In this document: positions 44,040-57,817 of the stretch, in pieces
Numbering within the stretch: position 1 is the stretch's first letter
Layout of the letters: each line of letters begins with the position of its first letter
DNA from: the human T2T-CHM13v2.0 reference genome, Homo sapiens
Length of the DNA stretch: 64,000 nucleotides
Assembly (NCBI RefSeq): GCF_009914755.1
Contig: NC_060932.1
Strand: one strand, 5' to 3'
Made by a program: the position numbers and the translations under genes
The notes under the pieces: generated by a model
Databases searched by the model: none
Seen by the model: the letters and a program-made list of their open reading frames with translations, nothing else
Told to the model about the DNA's origin: nothing

Positions 44040-45204
44040 CTAGAAGTTTAAATGGGAAAAGTAATGTTACATTAAGCAATTATACAAATTATACAATCAG
44101 TAGCAAACATTGTTTGTTTCTATCTTCTATAGAAAGAACCCTCCGGTGTCCAGAGGATGGTTTACCAAAAATCTTGCTCATTTAAGTTTTGCATGTGATG
44201 GAAAACCTATAATCCAATGGCAAATAGTCCAGATTTAATAAAGAAAGAAAGTACCACTGGAAATGGTACATCAAATGGCCTGAAGAGAGGATTGCCTGGA
44301 AAGAGTCAAGTCATCCAGAAAGTACTGGTATGCAGTATGTTCCTGAACTTAATAGAAATACAAGAAGCATGGATCTATAAGACATCTGGGGAATGGTCGG
44401 GGGTGTGGGCATGTAAGCAAAGAGTAAAAGGGCTGTAATTAAAGGATAATTCTTTGTGTCTGGAATCAACAATTAACTTTATTTTCACAAACTAAGAGCC
44501 ATAATATATGATTATTAACCTGAAGATCAAGCAGGTTAAATCAACGCAAATCTTAATTTTAAAATACAGATGTTAAATAACTGAAAAGTAGAAATAAGGA
44601 AAAAAATTAACTTTGGTAATACAGGGAAAAAAGATGTTAATGTGTTCTCTATTAACTTATTTAAAATCTAATTCTGTACATGTAAACAACTAAACAATTC
44701 CAGATGCACTTAAAATGGTCTGTCAGGGAACCCTGAGATCAAGGACTGATGCAGCAGGAAAGGGAAAGAGAGCAGAGTCAAGGCAGACTACGGACATAGG
44801 AGAAGAAGTAACTTGTCCCATGTTCCTCTGGAATAGGAAGGAAAACCCAAGTAAGATGCTTTGGGAGCACCCACTGCTATAACAGAAAAGGGGAGTGGTA
44901 ATAGCTATTCCACAACAAAGCAACCTTTTCCATGTGCCATCTTTCGTACACATGTACCATATTAGCTCATGCCCTGGAACACAACTGCAAGAATACAATA
45001 ATAACTATTATAGTTATCAAATAGGACACGCAAACTTACCAGCTGTTCTTTTTCAAGACTGTTACAATCACTACCTTATGAATTACAGCATTTAACATTT
45101 TTCTGAAACTACCTATTTTAAGAGACTATACAAAATAATAATATGAGTACTTATAATTAGCACTGAAAATTACTCCCACAATAAAAGCCCAGATTTAGTT
45201 ACAT

Positions 45205-45505
45205 CTTTTCTTTTTTTGAGACAGAGTCTCACTCTCTTGCCCAGGCTGCAGTGCAATGGCACAATCTCTCTTACTGCAACCTCCAACTCCCGGGTTCAAG
45301 TGACTCTCGTGCCTCAGCCTCCCAAGTAAGTAGCTGGGATTACAGGCCACGCCATCATGCCCACCTGGCTAATATTTGTATTTTTAGTAGAGACAGGGTT
45401 TTGTCATGTTGGCCAGGCTGATCTTAAACTCCTGGCCTCAAGTGATCTGCCTGCCTTGGTCTCCCAAAGTGCTAGGATTATAGGTGTGAGCCACCGTGCC
45501 CAGCC
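45205..45505 (-). mobile_element. Alu SINE (S/J-type)
   Basis: Alu antisense; degenerate TSD CCCAGATTTAGTTACAT / CCCAGACTGAGTTACAT. Confidence 0.92.
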
Positions 45506-45589
45506 CCCAGACTGAGTTACATTTTCTAAGGATAAAGGTAATCTTGATAATAATGATGATGATAATAATAGTAATAATGACCATAGCTT

Positions 45590-45805
45590 ATACTTACCTA
45601 TATGTCAGGTGCTGTCTTAAGCACTTTACATGTTTTAACTCATTGGTTACAACAACCAAATAAAGTACTGTAAATATTATTATCATCACCATTTTACAAG
45701 TAAGAAAAAAAAGTACTGAGGTTAAGCAACTTGCCAAGGTCACAAGCTATTTAAACAGTCTGGCTCTAAGTCCATGTTCTTCACTACTGCACTATTCTGC
45801 CTCTC
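45590..45805 (-). mobile_element. MIR SINE
   Basis: CCATTTTACAAGTAAGAAA...GGTTAAGCAACTTGCCAAGGTCACA. Confidence 0.7.
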
Positions 45806-46949
45806 TGAAAAAATATATGTAAATAACTATTAAAGAACACTTACCCAGTGAACTGTTCTTAGTTGCTACCTAAAGAGGTCTGAAAGAGTTGATACAATCT
45901 GTTATAATTTCCAAACCATCATTAATTTGCACAGTTAATCAGTGCACCCTTCTTCTAAGACTGCATTTGTACGTTTTAAAACTAGTATTGTATGCTACCA
46001 TCCAAGCAAAAAAAAAACCCCAAACAATGCCAAATATAATAAACTACAGATTAGTTAAAAAAATCTTTCCAAAGTGAGACAACAGTAACTTTTGAAAACG
46101 AGAGGTACGAATAATTTACTCAAGTACAGAAAATCGTGTTTTTAAAACAACAATACCACCTACGCTACATTGTAGTTATCTTTTTTAACACAAAATAATA
46201 ATCAAACACCTCAAATTTAATGGAAAAATAATACTGATCTATGTTGATGCATTGAATGCTGAAACTACTTACATGAAGTCAAGCTATTCCCCCAGACCTT
46301 TGCTGGGTTACTGCTTGATGACTTACATTTAACAATATGTTCTAGTTGGCTTGCCAATTTGTAAATGTGACTCACATACACATAAACATAATTAAATGGA
46401 GTATGTGGAGATACAAAATACTTTTAAAAGAAACTTTCAAGCAATTATTTTTGATATATTAAAAAGTGTAACAAAATCACCAAATGTCTTCATTAATAAA
46501 ATGTAAGATACCTTTTACAACTTCAAACTTTCTATGAGCTAGATATATTTTTCTTGGATGCTCATGATTTAGACTTGTATCAGACTCACATGGATCATAT
46601 ACTACTAATTAAGAACTATACTTTGTGTAAAAACATCTAAGTTATCCTCTATGTAACATCAACTTAAAGCACAAGATTTAGGTTGTATTTTAAATCAACC
46701 ATTTCTCATTTCTGACCAAATTTGACTATTTAAAAAATTAACTGCCTAACTCTATTCATTAATCCATCACTGAATTTAATAATTACTAAGACTTGATTTA
46801 AAATAAAAGAAAGTAATTTTAGTAATCCAAATAATTGGGGAAAAAACTGCCTGGAATAATAGATTTGCAAAATGGCACAGTTGTGGGGGGCAAAGGATTA
46901 TAATTTTAAAAGACACTTAACTTTATCTTTTTTTAAAAAGACACAGTTT

Positions 46950-48170
46950 TGCTCCTTTAATTGAGGTGTAATTTATAAATAAAATTCACAGGTTTTAAGT
47001 GTAGAATTTACTGATTTTGACAAATGCATACACCTTTGTAACCCAATGAGGATACTGAATTATTTCCACCATACAGGCAGTTCCCTTGGCCTTTCTTCAG
47101 TCAATCTCCCTACACCCTAGAGATAACAAGTGTTCTGATTTGTATCACCATAGATTAGTTTTGCCAGTTCTAGAACTCCATATGTGGAATCATACAGTAT
47201 GATTTTTTGTCTTTGGCTTCTTTCACTCCACATGTTTTTAATTCATTCATATTGCTTTTTATTTATTGCTAGCACTTTATTACAGAGTAACATTCCATTG
47301 TATGAATATACCACACGTACTTATCCATTCACCTTTTCAGTAACACTAGAGATATTTCTGGCTTTTATAAGTATGCCTGCTATGAATATATGTTTGCAAA
47401 TTTGTTTTGGCTTTGTTTTGTTTTTTAACATATATTTTCAGTTGGGCATGGTGGCTCACACCTGTAATCCTAGCACTTTGGGAGGTCGAAGCAGGCAGAT
47501 CGCTTGAGGTCAGGAGTTCGAGACCAGTCTGAGCAACATGGCAAAACCCCATCTCTACAAAAAATACAAAAATTAGCTGAGTGACTGTGCCACTGCACTC
47601 CATCCTGGGCAACAGAGTGAGACCCTGTCTCAGAAAAACAAAAAATTATATACATTCATTTATTTTGGTTAAACATCAAGGAGTAGAATTGTTAAGATTA
47701 AAAATAGGTATATGTTTAACTTGATATGAAACTGCTAAACAGTCTGCCAAAGTGATTGTATTATTATTTTACACTCGTACCAGATATGAATGAGTTGCTG
47801 GTGCCCCACATCCTTGCCAACGTTTGATACTGTCAGTCTTCAAAGTTTTAGTCATGTATTGGTGTCTCACTCTAGTTTTAATTTTCCTAATGTCTAATGA
47901 TAATTACCTTTTGATGTGCTTACTAGCTGTTCATCTATCTTCTATTGTGACATGTCTATTCAAATAATTTGACCATTTAAAAAATTGGCTTATTATGAAT
48001 TTGTAAGGCTTCCTTATACACTAAGAATGAAAGTCCTTTGGTTTAAGATGAATACTGTGAATATTTTTTCCCAGTTCATGGCTTACCTTTTTGTTCTCTT
48101 AATGGTATCTTTAGAAGAACAAAAATTTTTAATTTTGATATGCAGAAAATGTCTGTTTTGATGAAGTCTA
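46950..48170 (-). mobile_element. L1M 3' region (antisense), interrupted by an Alu
   Basis: CCATAGATTAGTTTTGCCAGTTCTAGAACTCCATATGTGGAATCATACAGTATG and CACATCCTTGCCAAC. Confidence 0.78.
47439..47645 (+). mobile_element. Alu with most of the right monomer deleted
   Basis: Left arm intact; AAATTAGCTGAG runs directly into ACTGTGCCACTGCACTCC. Confidence 0.9.
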
Positions 48171-48186
48171 ACTTATGTATTTCTTT

Positions 48187-48474
48187 CTTTTTTTTTTGAG
48201 ACGTAGTTTCACTCTTATTGCCCAGGGCCGGAAAGCAATGGCCTGGTCTCGGAAACCTCCGCCTCCCGGGTTCAAGTAGTTCTCCTGTCTCAGCCTCCCA
48301 AGTAGCTGGGATTACAGGCACCCGCCACCACGCCCAGCTAATTTTTGTGTTTTTAGTTGAGACGGGGTTTCACCATGTTGGTCAGGCTGGTCTCGAACTC
48401 CTGACCTCAGGCAATCCACCCGCCTCAGCCTCCCAAAGTGCTGGGATTACAGGCATGAGCCACTGTGCCTGGCC
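48187..48474 (-). mobile_element. AluS (Sq/Sp-like) SINE
   Basis: TSD ACTTATGTATTTCTTT at 48171-48186 and 48475-48490. Confidence 0.94.
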
Positions 48475-48857
48475 ACTTATGTATTTCTTTTATGGCTTTG
48501 TGTCCTGAACACACAGTTCAAAAAACAAATGTAAATGGAGAATTTACATAAGAAAAAATTACTACAATTTACAAAGAAATATTAATTATTCCACTTTTAG
48601 AAATTTATCCTTCATATATATTTCTACACATGTGAAATAATATGTATATAAACAGAAGTTATTGAAAACAACCTAAATTAACACAATAGAGGATTAATTG
48701 TCTAAAATGATGGTGCAGTTGATAGAATAAAATACCGTGATGTCATAAAAGAGAATTTAATAATTTTTATATATTCATTATGGAAAGATCCCTAAGATTT
48801 ATCATTGCAAGTGAACAAAAGCAAGATGTATAATTGTGTAAAGTATGTGTCAAAAAA

Positions 48858-48990
48858 CTTTTTTATTGTTGTTAGAGACAGGGTTTTCTCTTCTTGCCTA
48901 GGCTGGTCACAAACTCCTGGCCTCAAGCAATCCTCCTACCTCAGCATCCCAAATGTTGGGATTACAGGCGTGAGCCACTGCAGCTAGCCG
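48858..48990 (-). mobile_element. Alu monomer (FLAM-like)
   Basis: TAGAGACAGGGTT...CTCAAGCAATCCTCC...GGATTACAGGCGTGAGCCACTG; one arm only. Confidence 0.8.
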
Positions 48991-49510
48991 CCAAAAGTAG
49001 TTTTCCTTAAAGAAAAGGAAAAAGTATGTGTCATGCTTGAATGTATGTAAAATGTAACAACACTGATTGTGAGGAGTGGGAGGATGGGTGACCCATAGGC
49101 TTGTGTTGGAGGCAGACTTCTCACTCTACATCCTTTTGTATATTTAAAATTTTAAAGAATGGAAATATATTATCAAGCCAGCAAACTAAAGTTAAAAAAA
49201 TTATTTCTATTAAAAAGTTTGAAAAAGTGCAATTTAAAATAGCCATTTTCACCTATGATTATTATTGTATCCAGAGCTGGTAAAACAAAGCACTACCATA
49301 TTCTCCAAGTGATAGCTATGCTACTATCTTTAATTTCAACTAGAAATATGCTCTTTGACACAGTAATTCTATTTTTAATATATCTTAAGAAAAGTAACCA
49401 GCAATACAGACAGAACTATTGTATTAATCTCTGATGTAACCACTGTGGAAAGAGTAAAAAGAAAAGAAAAAAAGATAATAGAATATTAAAGTAAAATTAA
49501 AAAAAAATAC

Positions 49511-49715
49511 CTATTACTCTCTTTAATTATCCATGTACTGCTTTCATGATCAATAGATGAATAGAGTTTTCCTTCTAAAAACTGGTGATCCTTCAGTACA
49601 ATGTTGATGTGATCAGGCAAAAACTGTATTTGAATGTCCTCCTTAGTACTGTCTTCTGGAAGCCGTATGGTTACTGTCAAATCATCTTCAGTCTGTTGCC
49701 AGTAATACAGAGGTT
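49511..49715 (-). CDS. NUDCD1: NUDCD1 coding exon (probably exon 6), 205 nt, CS/p23-like domain core (EPLYYWQQTEDDLTVTIRLPEDSTKEDIQIQF...SSTWIIKESN)
   Basis: Acceptor TTTTCCCAATAG|AA and donor AATAG|GTATTT; Y-x-W-x-Q-T-x-x-x-L-x-V-x-I is the typical NudC-family CS domain start; overlaps ORF 49486..49680. Confidence 0.96.
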
Positions 49716-50209
49716 CTATTGGGAAAAGAAAAATGCATCATGTAATAAAAAATTAGAGAAAGCATACACACACACAAAACCTATCTAAAAGAATTTTAGT
49801 ATATTTACTAGTGATCATCTCACAAAACGTAATTATAAACAAACATGCACAGATCTCTTTGAGGAATTTTCACTCAAAGATTTGCAGCAATTAACATGAA
49901 ATTTTCCTCTTCCAGACTTACCTGATGCTTGAGGAGATAAAGCACTCATAAAATACTAATGATAGCAATCCTTTATCCTCATTTCTTCCCTCTCTCCCTC
50001 CCTTCCTCCCTCTTTCACTCCTTCTTTCCTTTAAACAAACACACACACACACAGAGTGAATCCCTAGTTCAAAAGAACATAAAATATGTTACCCAGAAAA
50101 GCTAGCAAAGCAGTTACATAATAATATCTCAATGGATAGCTTCTGCCAGATAATGGGAATGGGAGGATGTGCAAAATCACATGCACTTTTAGTATAAATT
50201 AAAGGCCAT

Positions 50210-53200
50210 ACTACCCCAACCCTTCCTGTGCATACATCACAGTGCAGCCAGGCCCTATCCACTCCATTTCTAAGCAGACCTCCAGGCATTCAAAGCACCT
50301 TGCCCAGATTGCAGCCTGAACTGTCCCACCTTTCCTATTCATAGATCTGGTGTTGGGGGGCCCTCTCTGCTTCACACCCAGGTGGACTTTCAGGCATTCA
50401 AAGCACCTGTTTGCCTGTTTCAACAGCCTGAGTTAACCTACATCTCCTGTGCAGAGATTTTCATACAGAGGGGCCCTCCCTGCTCCATGCCTAGGCAGAG
50501 CTCCAGGCACCTGGAGCTCTCCTAGATTAGGAGCTCATGCCATCCCCCGAACCCTGTCCAGAGAACTTGGGGCTGGGAGGGTTTCTTAGCTCCACACTTA
50601 GGTATGCCTCTGGGCATTTAGTGGCTGCCAGGTAGATTCTCCCTCAGCGCTGGTGTCCACACCTGCCACTGGGGGATCTGTAGGCAGATCTGCCCAGTCT
50701 CGTCCTGCCCATCTTGGCCCCTACTCCCCGGGGCTGAGCAGGGAGCTCAGACAACTGTGCAATCCAAGAATCAGCCCATTGCCTGAGGCAATAGAGAGTT
50801 CTCCCAGTAAACAAGGATTAAGTATATACCCTGCTGCACTGGCTGCAATTGGCTGTTACTAACAAGCACCATCTACTGGCTTGTAGGTTAAACTGCATAG
50901 CCCAATATACAACCTGCCAACAGAAGTGCATAGGGCTATGGAAGCAAAGCCCAAAGACCCTACTCTGCATTCTCTATAGTCACACCCCCTAGAGAGGGAA
51001 AGAGAAAGAAAACAAACAAACAAACAAACAAAAATAATATTATAAGGAAAGAAAGAAAACTAAAAAATCCTATCTGCACAAAAATATTATAAAAATTTGA
51101 AGTGCCAGAATCTCTAGATAAGAAACCAGAAAATCAAACACCACATGTTCTCACTCATAAGTGGGAGTTGAACAATGAGAACTCATGGATACAGGGAGGG
51201 GAACATCACACACCGGGGTTGTCGGGGGGTGGGGGGCTAGGGGAGGGATAGCATTAGGAGAAATACCTAATGTAGATGGCGGGTTGATGAGTGCAGCAAA
51301 TCACTATGGCACGTGTATACCTATGTAACAAACCTGCACGTTCTGCACATGTATCCCAGAACTTAAAAGTACAATAAAAAAATTCCAAAAAAAAAAAGAA
51401 ACCAGTGCAAGAATTCTGGCACCATAAAAAAAATCTGAATGTAGTGACATGACAAAAAATATCACTAGCTTTCTAGAAATGGTCCTTAACCAAAATAGAC
51501 ACTCAGAAAAAAGACACAAAGAATTCAAAGCATGGATTGCAAGGAAGCTCAACAAGATCTAAGACAAAATTGAAAATCAATACAAAGAAACTTCTAAAGC
51601 AATCCAAGAAATGAAGGAAGAGATAAACATCTTTAAAAGAAATCAGTACAAACTTCTGGAATTGAAAAACTCACTTATGGAATTTCCAAATACAATTGAA
51701 AGCTTTATCAACAGACTGAACTGAGCAGAAGAAAGAATTCCAGAACTTGAAGGCCAGTCTTTCAAACTAGTCCAGCTAGACAAAAATAAAGAAAAAAGAA
51801 TTTTAAAAAAATGAACAAAGTCTCTGAGAAATATGAAATCATGTAAAGTAACCAACCCTATTAACTACTGGCATTCCAGAGAAGAAACACTAAACAAACT
51901 GAAAAACATGTTTGAGGGAATAATTCAGAAAATTTCCCTAATCCTGCTAGAGAGGTAGACATTCAGGTATAAGAAATCCAGAACCCCTGAGAAATACTAT
52001 ACAAAATGAAGATCACCAAGGCATATAGCACTAGACTGTCCAAGGTCAACACTAAAGAAAAAACCTTAAAGGCACCTAAAGAAAAGAGATTACATAGGGG
52101 AACCCCATTAGGCTAACAGCAGACTTCTCAGCAGAAACCTCACAAGCCAGGAGAGATTGAGAGCTATTTGCAGAATTTTTCAAGAAATTCCACCCAAGAA
52201 TTTCATATCCCACTAAACTATAAGCTTCATAAGTGAAAGAGAAACAAAATCTTTTCCAGACAAGCAAGCACTAAGACAATCAGTTACCACTATACCAGCC
52301 TTAACAAGAGATCTTTAAGGAAGTTCTAAACAGGGAAACAAAAGAACAGTATCTGCTACCACAAAAACACAAGGACAGAGCCATAGTCCCTGTAAAGCAA
52401 CTATACAATAGAAACTACAAAGCAATCAGTAACAACTTCATGATAGAATCAAAACTTCACATAACAATATTAACCTTAAATGTAAATGATCAAAACATCC
52501 CACTTGAAAGGCACAGAGTAGAAAGCTGGATTAAAAAAAAAAAAAAAAAACAAAACAAAAACAAGGCCCATCGGCATTCTACAAGAGACCCATCTAACAC
52601 ATAATGACACCCACAGGCTCAAAGTAAAGGGCTGGAAAAAAACTTGCTATGCAAATGGAAAACAGAAAGCGCAGGAGTCACAATTCTTACCTCAGATAAA
52701 ACAGACTTTAAACCAACAAAGGTAAAAAAGGACAAAGGGCATTACATAATAATAAAGGGTTCAATTCAATGAGAAGACTGAACTATCCCAAATATATATG
52801 TGCTCAACATTGGAGCACCCTGATACATAAAAACAAGTACTTCTAGACCTATGGAAAGACTTAGCCACAAGACAATAGTGGGGAACTTCAACATACCACT
52901 CACAGCATCACACAGATCATCAAGGTAGAAAACTAAAGAAAAAAAGTATGGACTTAAATTTGACACTTAATCTAACAGACATCTACAGAATACCCCACCC
53001 ATCAACCACAGAATATAAATCCTACTCATCTGCACACAGAACATACTCCAAGATCACTCACACACTCAGCCATAAAGCAAGTCTCAATAAATTATAAAAA
53101 ATGAAATCATACCAATCATACTCTAAGATCACAGTGGAATAAAAATAGAAATCAATACCAAGAAGATCTCTCAAAAACCACACAGTATCATGGAAATTAT

Positions 53201-56200
53201 CTGGGATGCAGCAAAAGCAGTGTTAAGAGGAAAGTGCTATGTATCTACCTCAAAAAGTAAGAAAAGTCTCAAATTAATGATCTAATATCACACCCAGAAG
53301 AACAAGAAAAAAAAACAAATTAACACCAAAGCTAGCAAAAGAAAAGAAATAACTAAAATCAGAGCAAAACTGAATGAAATTGAGACCCAAATATGCAAAC
53401 AATGAATCCATGAAACCAAAAGTTGGTTTTTTTTTGAAAGGATAAACAAGATCAATAGGCTGTTAGCTAGATTAACAAAAAAAGAGAAGATGCAAATAAA
53501 CACAATCAGAAATGAAAAGGTAACATTACAACCAATTCCACAGAAATACAAAAAAAAAACCCAGAGACTATTATGAAGCCCTGTATCACACAAACTAGAA
53601 AATCCAGAGAAAATGGATAAATTCCTAGAAACACAATCTCCCAAGACTGAATCAGAAAGCAACTGAAACCTTGAACAGACCAATATCAAGTTCCAAAATT
53701 CAATCAGTAATAAAAAAATCTATCAACCAAAGAAAGCCCTGGACAGATGGATTCACATCCAAACTCTACTAGACATACAAGGAAAAGCCGGTACCAATTC
53801 TACTGAAACTATTCCAAAAAAATCGAGAAGGAGGAACTCCCTCCCTAACTCACTCTATGAAGGCAGCATAACCTTGATACCAAAACCTGGCAAAGACACA
53901 CACAAAAAAACTACAGGCCAATATCCCCGATGAACATACATGTAAAAATCTTCATCAAAATACTGGCAAGCTGAATCCAACAGCACATCAAAAATTTAAT
54001 TGACCATGATCAAGTAAGCTTCATTCCTGGGGAAGCAAGGTTAGTTTAACATATGCAAATCAATAAATGTGATTCACTACATAAACAGAATTAAAAACAA
54101 AAATCATATGATCACCTCAATAGATGAAGAACAAGTATTCAGTAAAATCCAACATCCCTTCACTATACAAATCCTTAAGAAACTAGGCATCAAAGGAACA
54201 CACTTCAAAATAACAAGAGCCATCTATGACAAACTCACTGCCAACATCATACTGAACAGGCAAAAACGAAGCATTCCTCTTGAGAACTGAAACAAGAAAA
54301 GCATGCTTACTCTTACTGCTCCTATTCAACATAGTCCTGGAAGTACTAACCAGAGCAATCAGGCAAAAGAAATAAATAAAAGGTATCCAATTAGGAAAAG
54401 TCAAACTTTGCAGATGACATAATTCTATACCTAGAAAACCCTAAAGATTCCACCAAAAGGCTCCTGGAACTGACAAATGGCTTCAGTAAAGTTTCAGAAT
54501 ACAAAATCAATGTATGAAAATCAGTAGCATTTCTACAAACCAATAATGTTCAAGCTGAGAGCCAAATCAAGAACACAATCCCATTTACTGTAGCTGCCAA
54601 TAATAATAATAATAATAAAATACCTAGGAATTCATCTAACAAGGAGGTGAAAGATCTCTACAAGGAGAATTACACAGCACTGCTGAAAGAAATAACAGAT
54701 GACAGACAACTGGAAAGACATTCCAAGCTAATAGGTTGGAATAATCAATATCATTAAAATGTCCATACTGCTCAAAACAAACTACAGAGTAAATGCTACT
54801 CCTATCAAACTACCAATGTCATTTTTCACAGAACTAGAAAACACTATTCTAAAATTCGTACGGATCCAAAAAAGAGCCCAAATAGCCAAAGCCATCCTAA
54901 GCAAAAAGAACAAAGCCAGAGGCATCACACTGACTTCAGAGTATACTACAGGGCTACAGTAACCAAAAAAAGTACAAAAACAGATACACAGACCAGTGGA
55001 CCAAGAAATAAAGCCATACACCTATACCCATCTGACAATCTTTGATAAAGGCAGCAAAAACAAGCAATAGGGAAAGGAGTCCCTATTCAATAAGGGTGCT
55101 GGGATAGCTGGCTAGCCATATGCAGAAAAATGAAACTGGTCCCCTACCTCTCACCATATACAAAAATTAACTCAAGATGAACTGAAGATTTAAATGTAAG
55201 ACCTCAAACTGTAAGAATCTTAGAAGAAAACCTAGGAAACACCATTGTGGACACTGGCCTTGAGAATGAATTATGACTAAGTACTCAAAAGGAATTTCAA
55301 CAACAAAAAAATTGACAAATGGTACCTAATTAAATGAAAGAGTTCCTCCACAGCAAAAGAAACTATGAGTAAACAAACTATAGAATCAGAGAAAATATTT
55401 GCAACTACGCACCCAACAGAAGTCTAATATCAAGGCTCTATAAGGAACTTAAACAAATGAACAAGCACAAAACAAATAACTCCATTAAACAATGGGCAAA
55501 AGACATGAACAGCACTTCGCAAAACAAGACATACAAATGGCCAACACACATGAAAAAATACTCCACATCACTAATCATTAGCACTAATTATCAGAGATTT
55601 GCACTTGCAAATCAAAACTACAAGGAGAATATCATCTCACACCAGTCAGAATGGCTATTAATAAAAAGTCAAAAAACAACACATGCTGATAAGGCTGTGG
55701 AGAAAAGGGAATGATGATACACTATTGGTGGGAATGTCAATTAATTCAGCCCCTGTGGAAAGCAGTTTGGAGATTTCTCAAAGAACTTAAAACAGAACTA
55801 CAATTCAACCCAGTAATCTCAATAGTGGGTATATATATAAAAAATAAATAATTTTTTTGCCATAAAGACACGTGTGCTAGTATGTTCATCACAGCACTAT
55901 TCACCACAGTAAAGACATGGAATCAACATAGGTGCCCATCAACAGTGGACTGAATAAAAACAATGTGGCACATATACACACCATGGAATACTACACAGCC
56001 AGGTAAAAGAACAAAATCATGTCCTTTGCAGCAACATGAATGTAGCAAGTGGCCATTATCCTATGCAGATTAGTGCAGGAACAGAAAACCAAATACCACA
56101 TGACCTCACTTATAAGTGTGAGCTAAACACTGGGTACTCATGGACATAAAGATGGCAACAACATACAATAGGGACTACTAGAGGGGGTAGAAAGGGTTGA

Positions 56201-56353
56201 AAAAGTAACTGTTGGGTGCTATGCTCAGTACCTGGGTGACAGGATCATTCGTACTCCAAATCTAAGCACCATGCAATACAACCAGGTAAAAGAACATTGA
56301 CATGTACCCCGTGAATATAAAATAGAAGTTGAAATTTTAAAAATGTATTAATT
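50210..56353 (+). mobile_element. Near-full-length, inactivated L1PB-type LINE-1, antisense to NUDCD1 in intron 5
   Basis: 5' UTR with ~100-bp repeats (CAGGCATTCAAAGCACC twice); broken ORF1/ORF2 peptides ([20 protein letters not shown]; [13 protein letters not shown]); 3' UTR; TSD AATTAAAGGCCAT (50197-50209) / AATGAAAGGCCAT (56354-56366). Confidence 0.92.
51130..51395 (+). mobile_element. 5'-truncated L1PA 3' end nested in the L1PB
   Basis: CATGTTCTCACTCATAAGTGGGAGTTGAACAATGAGAAC...AACCTGCACGTTCTGCACATGTATCCCAGAACTTAAA plus A tail; TSD AAGAAACCAG at 51120-51129 and 51396-51405. Confidence 0.92.
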
Positions 56354-57207
56354 AATGAAAGGCCATGGATGTAGACTAAAGGTAAAGTCACAGTTTTTTA
56401 ATCACCTCCCCATTGTATACATTGTTGAATGTATACAAACACCTAAATAATTCTCTCAATTACTGGTTGCTTTGAGTACCTTTCTATGCCTTTAGAGATT
56501 GTGTTTTAGGTCTTTAAAAACATGTTATTAAAATGCCAAATAGCCAATAGATAATACCAGTCTTCTTGAAGTTAACAGAAAAGGAAACCAGTATATATAT
56601 TAATATTCAGAAAGTATTACAAATGCCAATCAATGACCAAACTACCCATAATTTTTAAAAATTACAACACTTTTCCTTTATTACTGTGAAAATCCTATGA
56701 CAAAATAAACAATGAATTTGGAGGGAACTCAAGATACAGCATGAGATGTCATCAAGGAAAACAATACCTGTGGTAGTGATTTAAACACATGATGTGTCCC
56801 ACTTAGGCTTCAATCTGTCTTGGAACTGCATGGTTCCAAGTTATCTGGGCAGAACGGTTCCAAAGATTAAGGCAAGCTTTCTATTCCCTCGAGATTGCTT
56901 ACCAAAGGAATTCTAAAGACACATGATCTAGAGAAATAAACAGCTATTCTGGCTAAGCTTTGGATGAGGTTAGCATTATAATTAGACAGAATAGTAACAT
57001 TTATTCAGGAAAGGATCTTAGAGATAATCTAACAAAAAACGAATCCCACATGAGAAAACCAAGGTATTAAAAGTCTAAAGAAAAGGCCTACTAAGCACAA
57101 CTTTTTGTATTCAGAGGTGCATATATTTATAAACCTGTGGAAAATATTTTTCAATTATATATTACATTAATATTCATTTCTTAAAGCATCCAAAAATAGT
57201 AAACCTA

Positions 57208-57285
57208 GGTTGCTCTGCTTATGGAGTAGCCATTCTTTTATTTCTTTACTTTCTTAATCAACGTGTTTTCACTTAAAAACAAAAA
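57208..57285 (+). mobile_element. Short ERV1 LTR (MER41/MER4-group-like) R-region fragment with A tail
   Basis: TGCTCTGCTTATGGAGTAGCCATTCTTTTATTTCTTTACTTTCTTAATCAACGTGTTTTCACTT followed by AAAAACAAAAA. Confidence 0.65.
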
Positions 57286-57507
57286 GGTAAAACTAATTTT
57301 TTAAAATAACTTGTTTAACAAAAAAGGGAGATTCAAAGAATAATATGTAGAATTGTTAAATATTATAAAAATCTCTGTTAAATAAAATATACTATTCTCT
57401 GGCTATGAACATCAGAAATATGAACAGTAATTATTACAGAGGAATGTTCTCTTGAACAGCTTTAAAAGAATGTCTGTTCTTTATATACAAATATAAATTT
57501 CTTCTGA

Positions 57508-57817
<310 letters not shown>

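Noticed and set aside
51643-55714. ORFs in the L1 region as a functional reverse transcriptase gene
   Set aside because: Many stops and frameshifts leave only short fragments, and several listed ORFs are antisense to L1.
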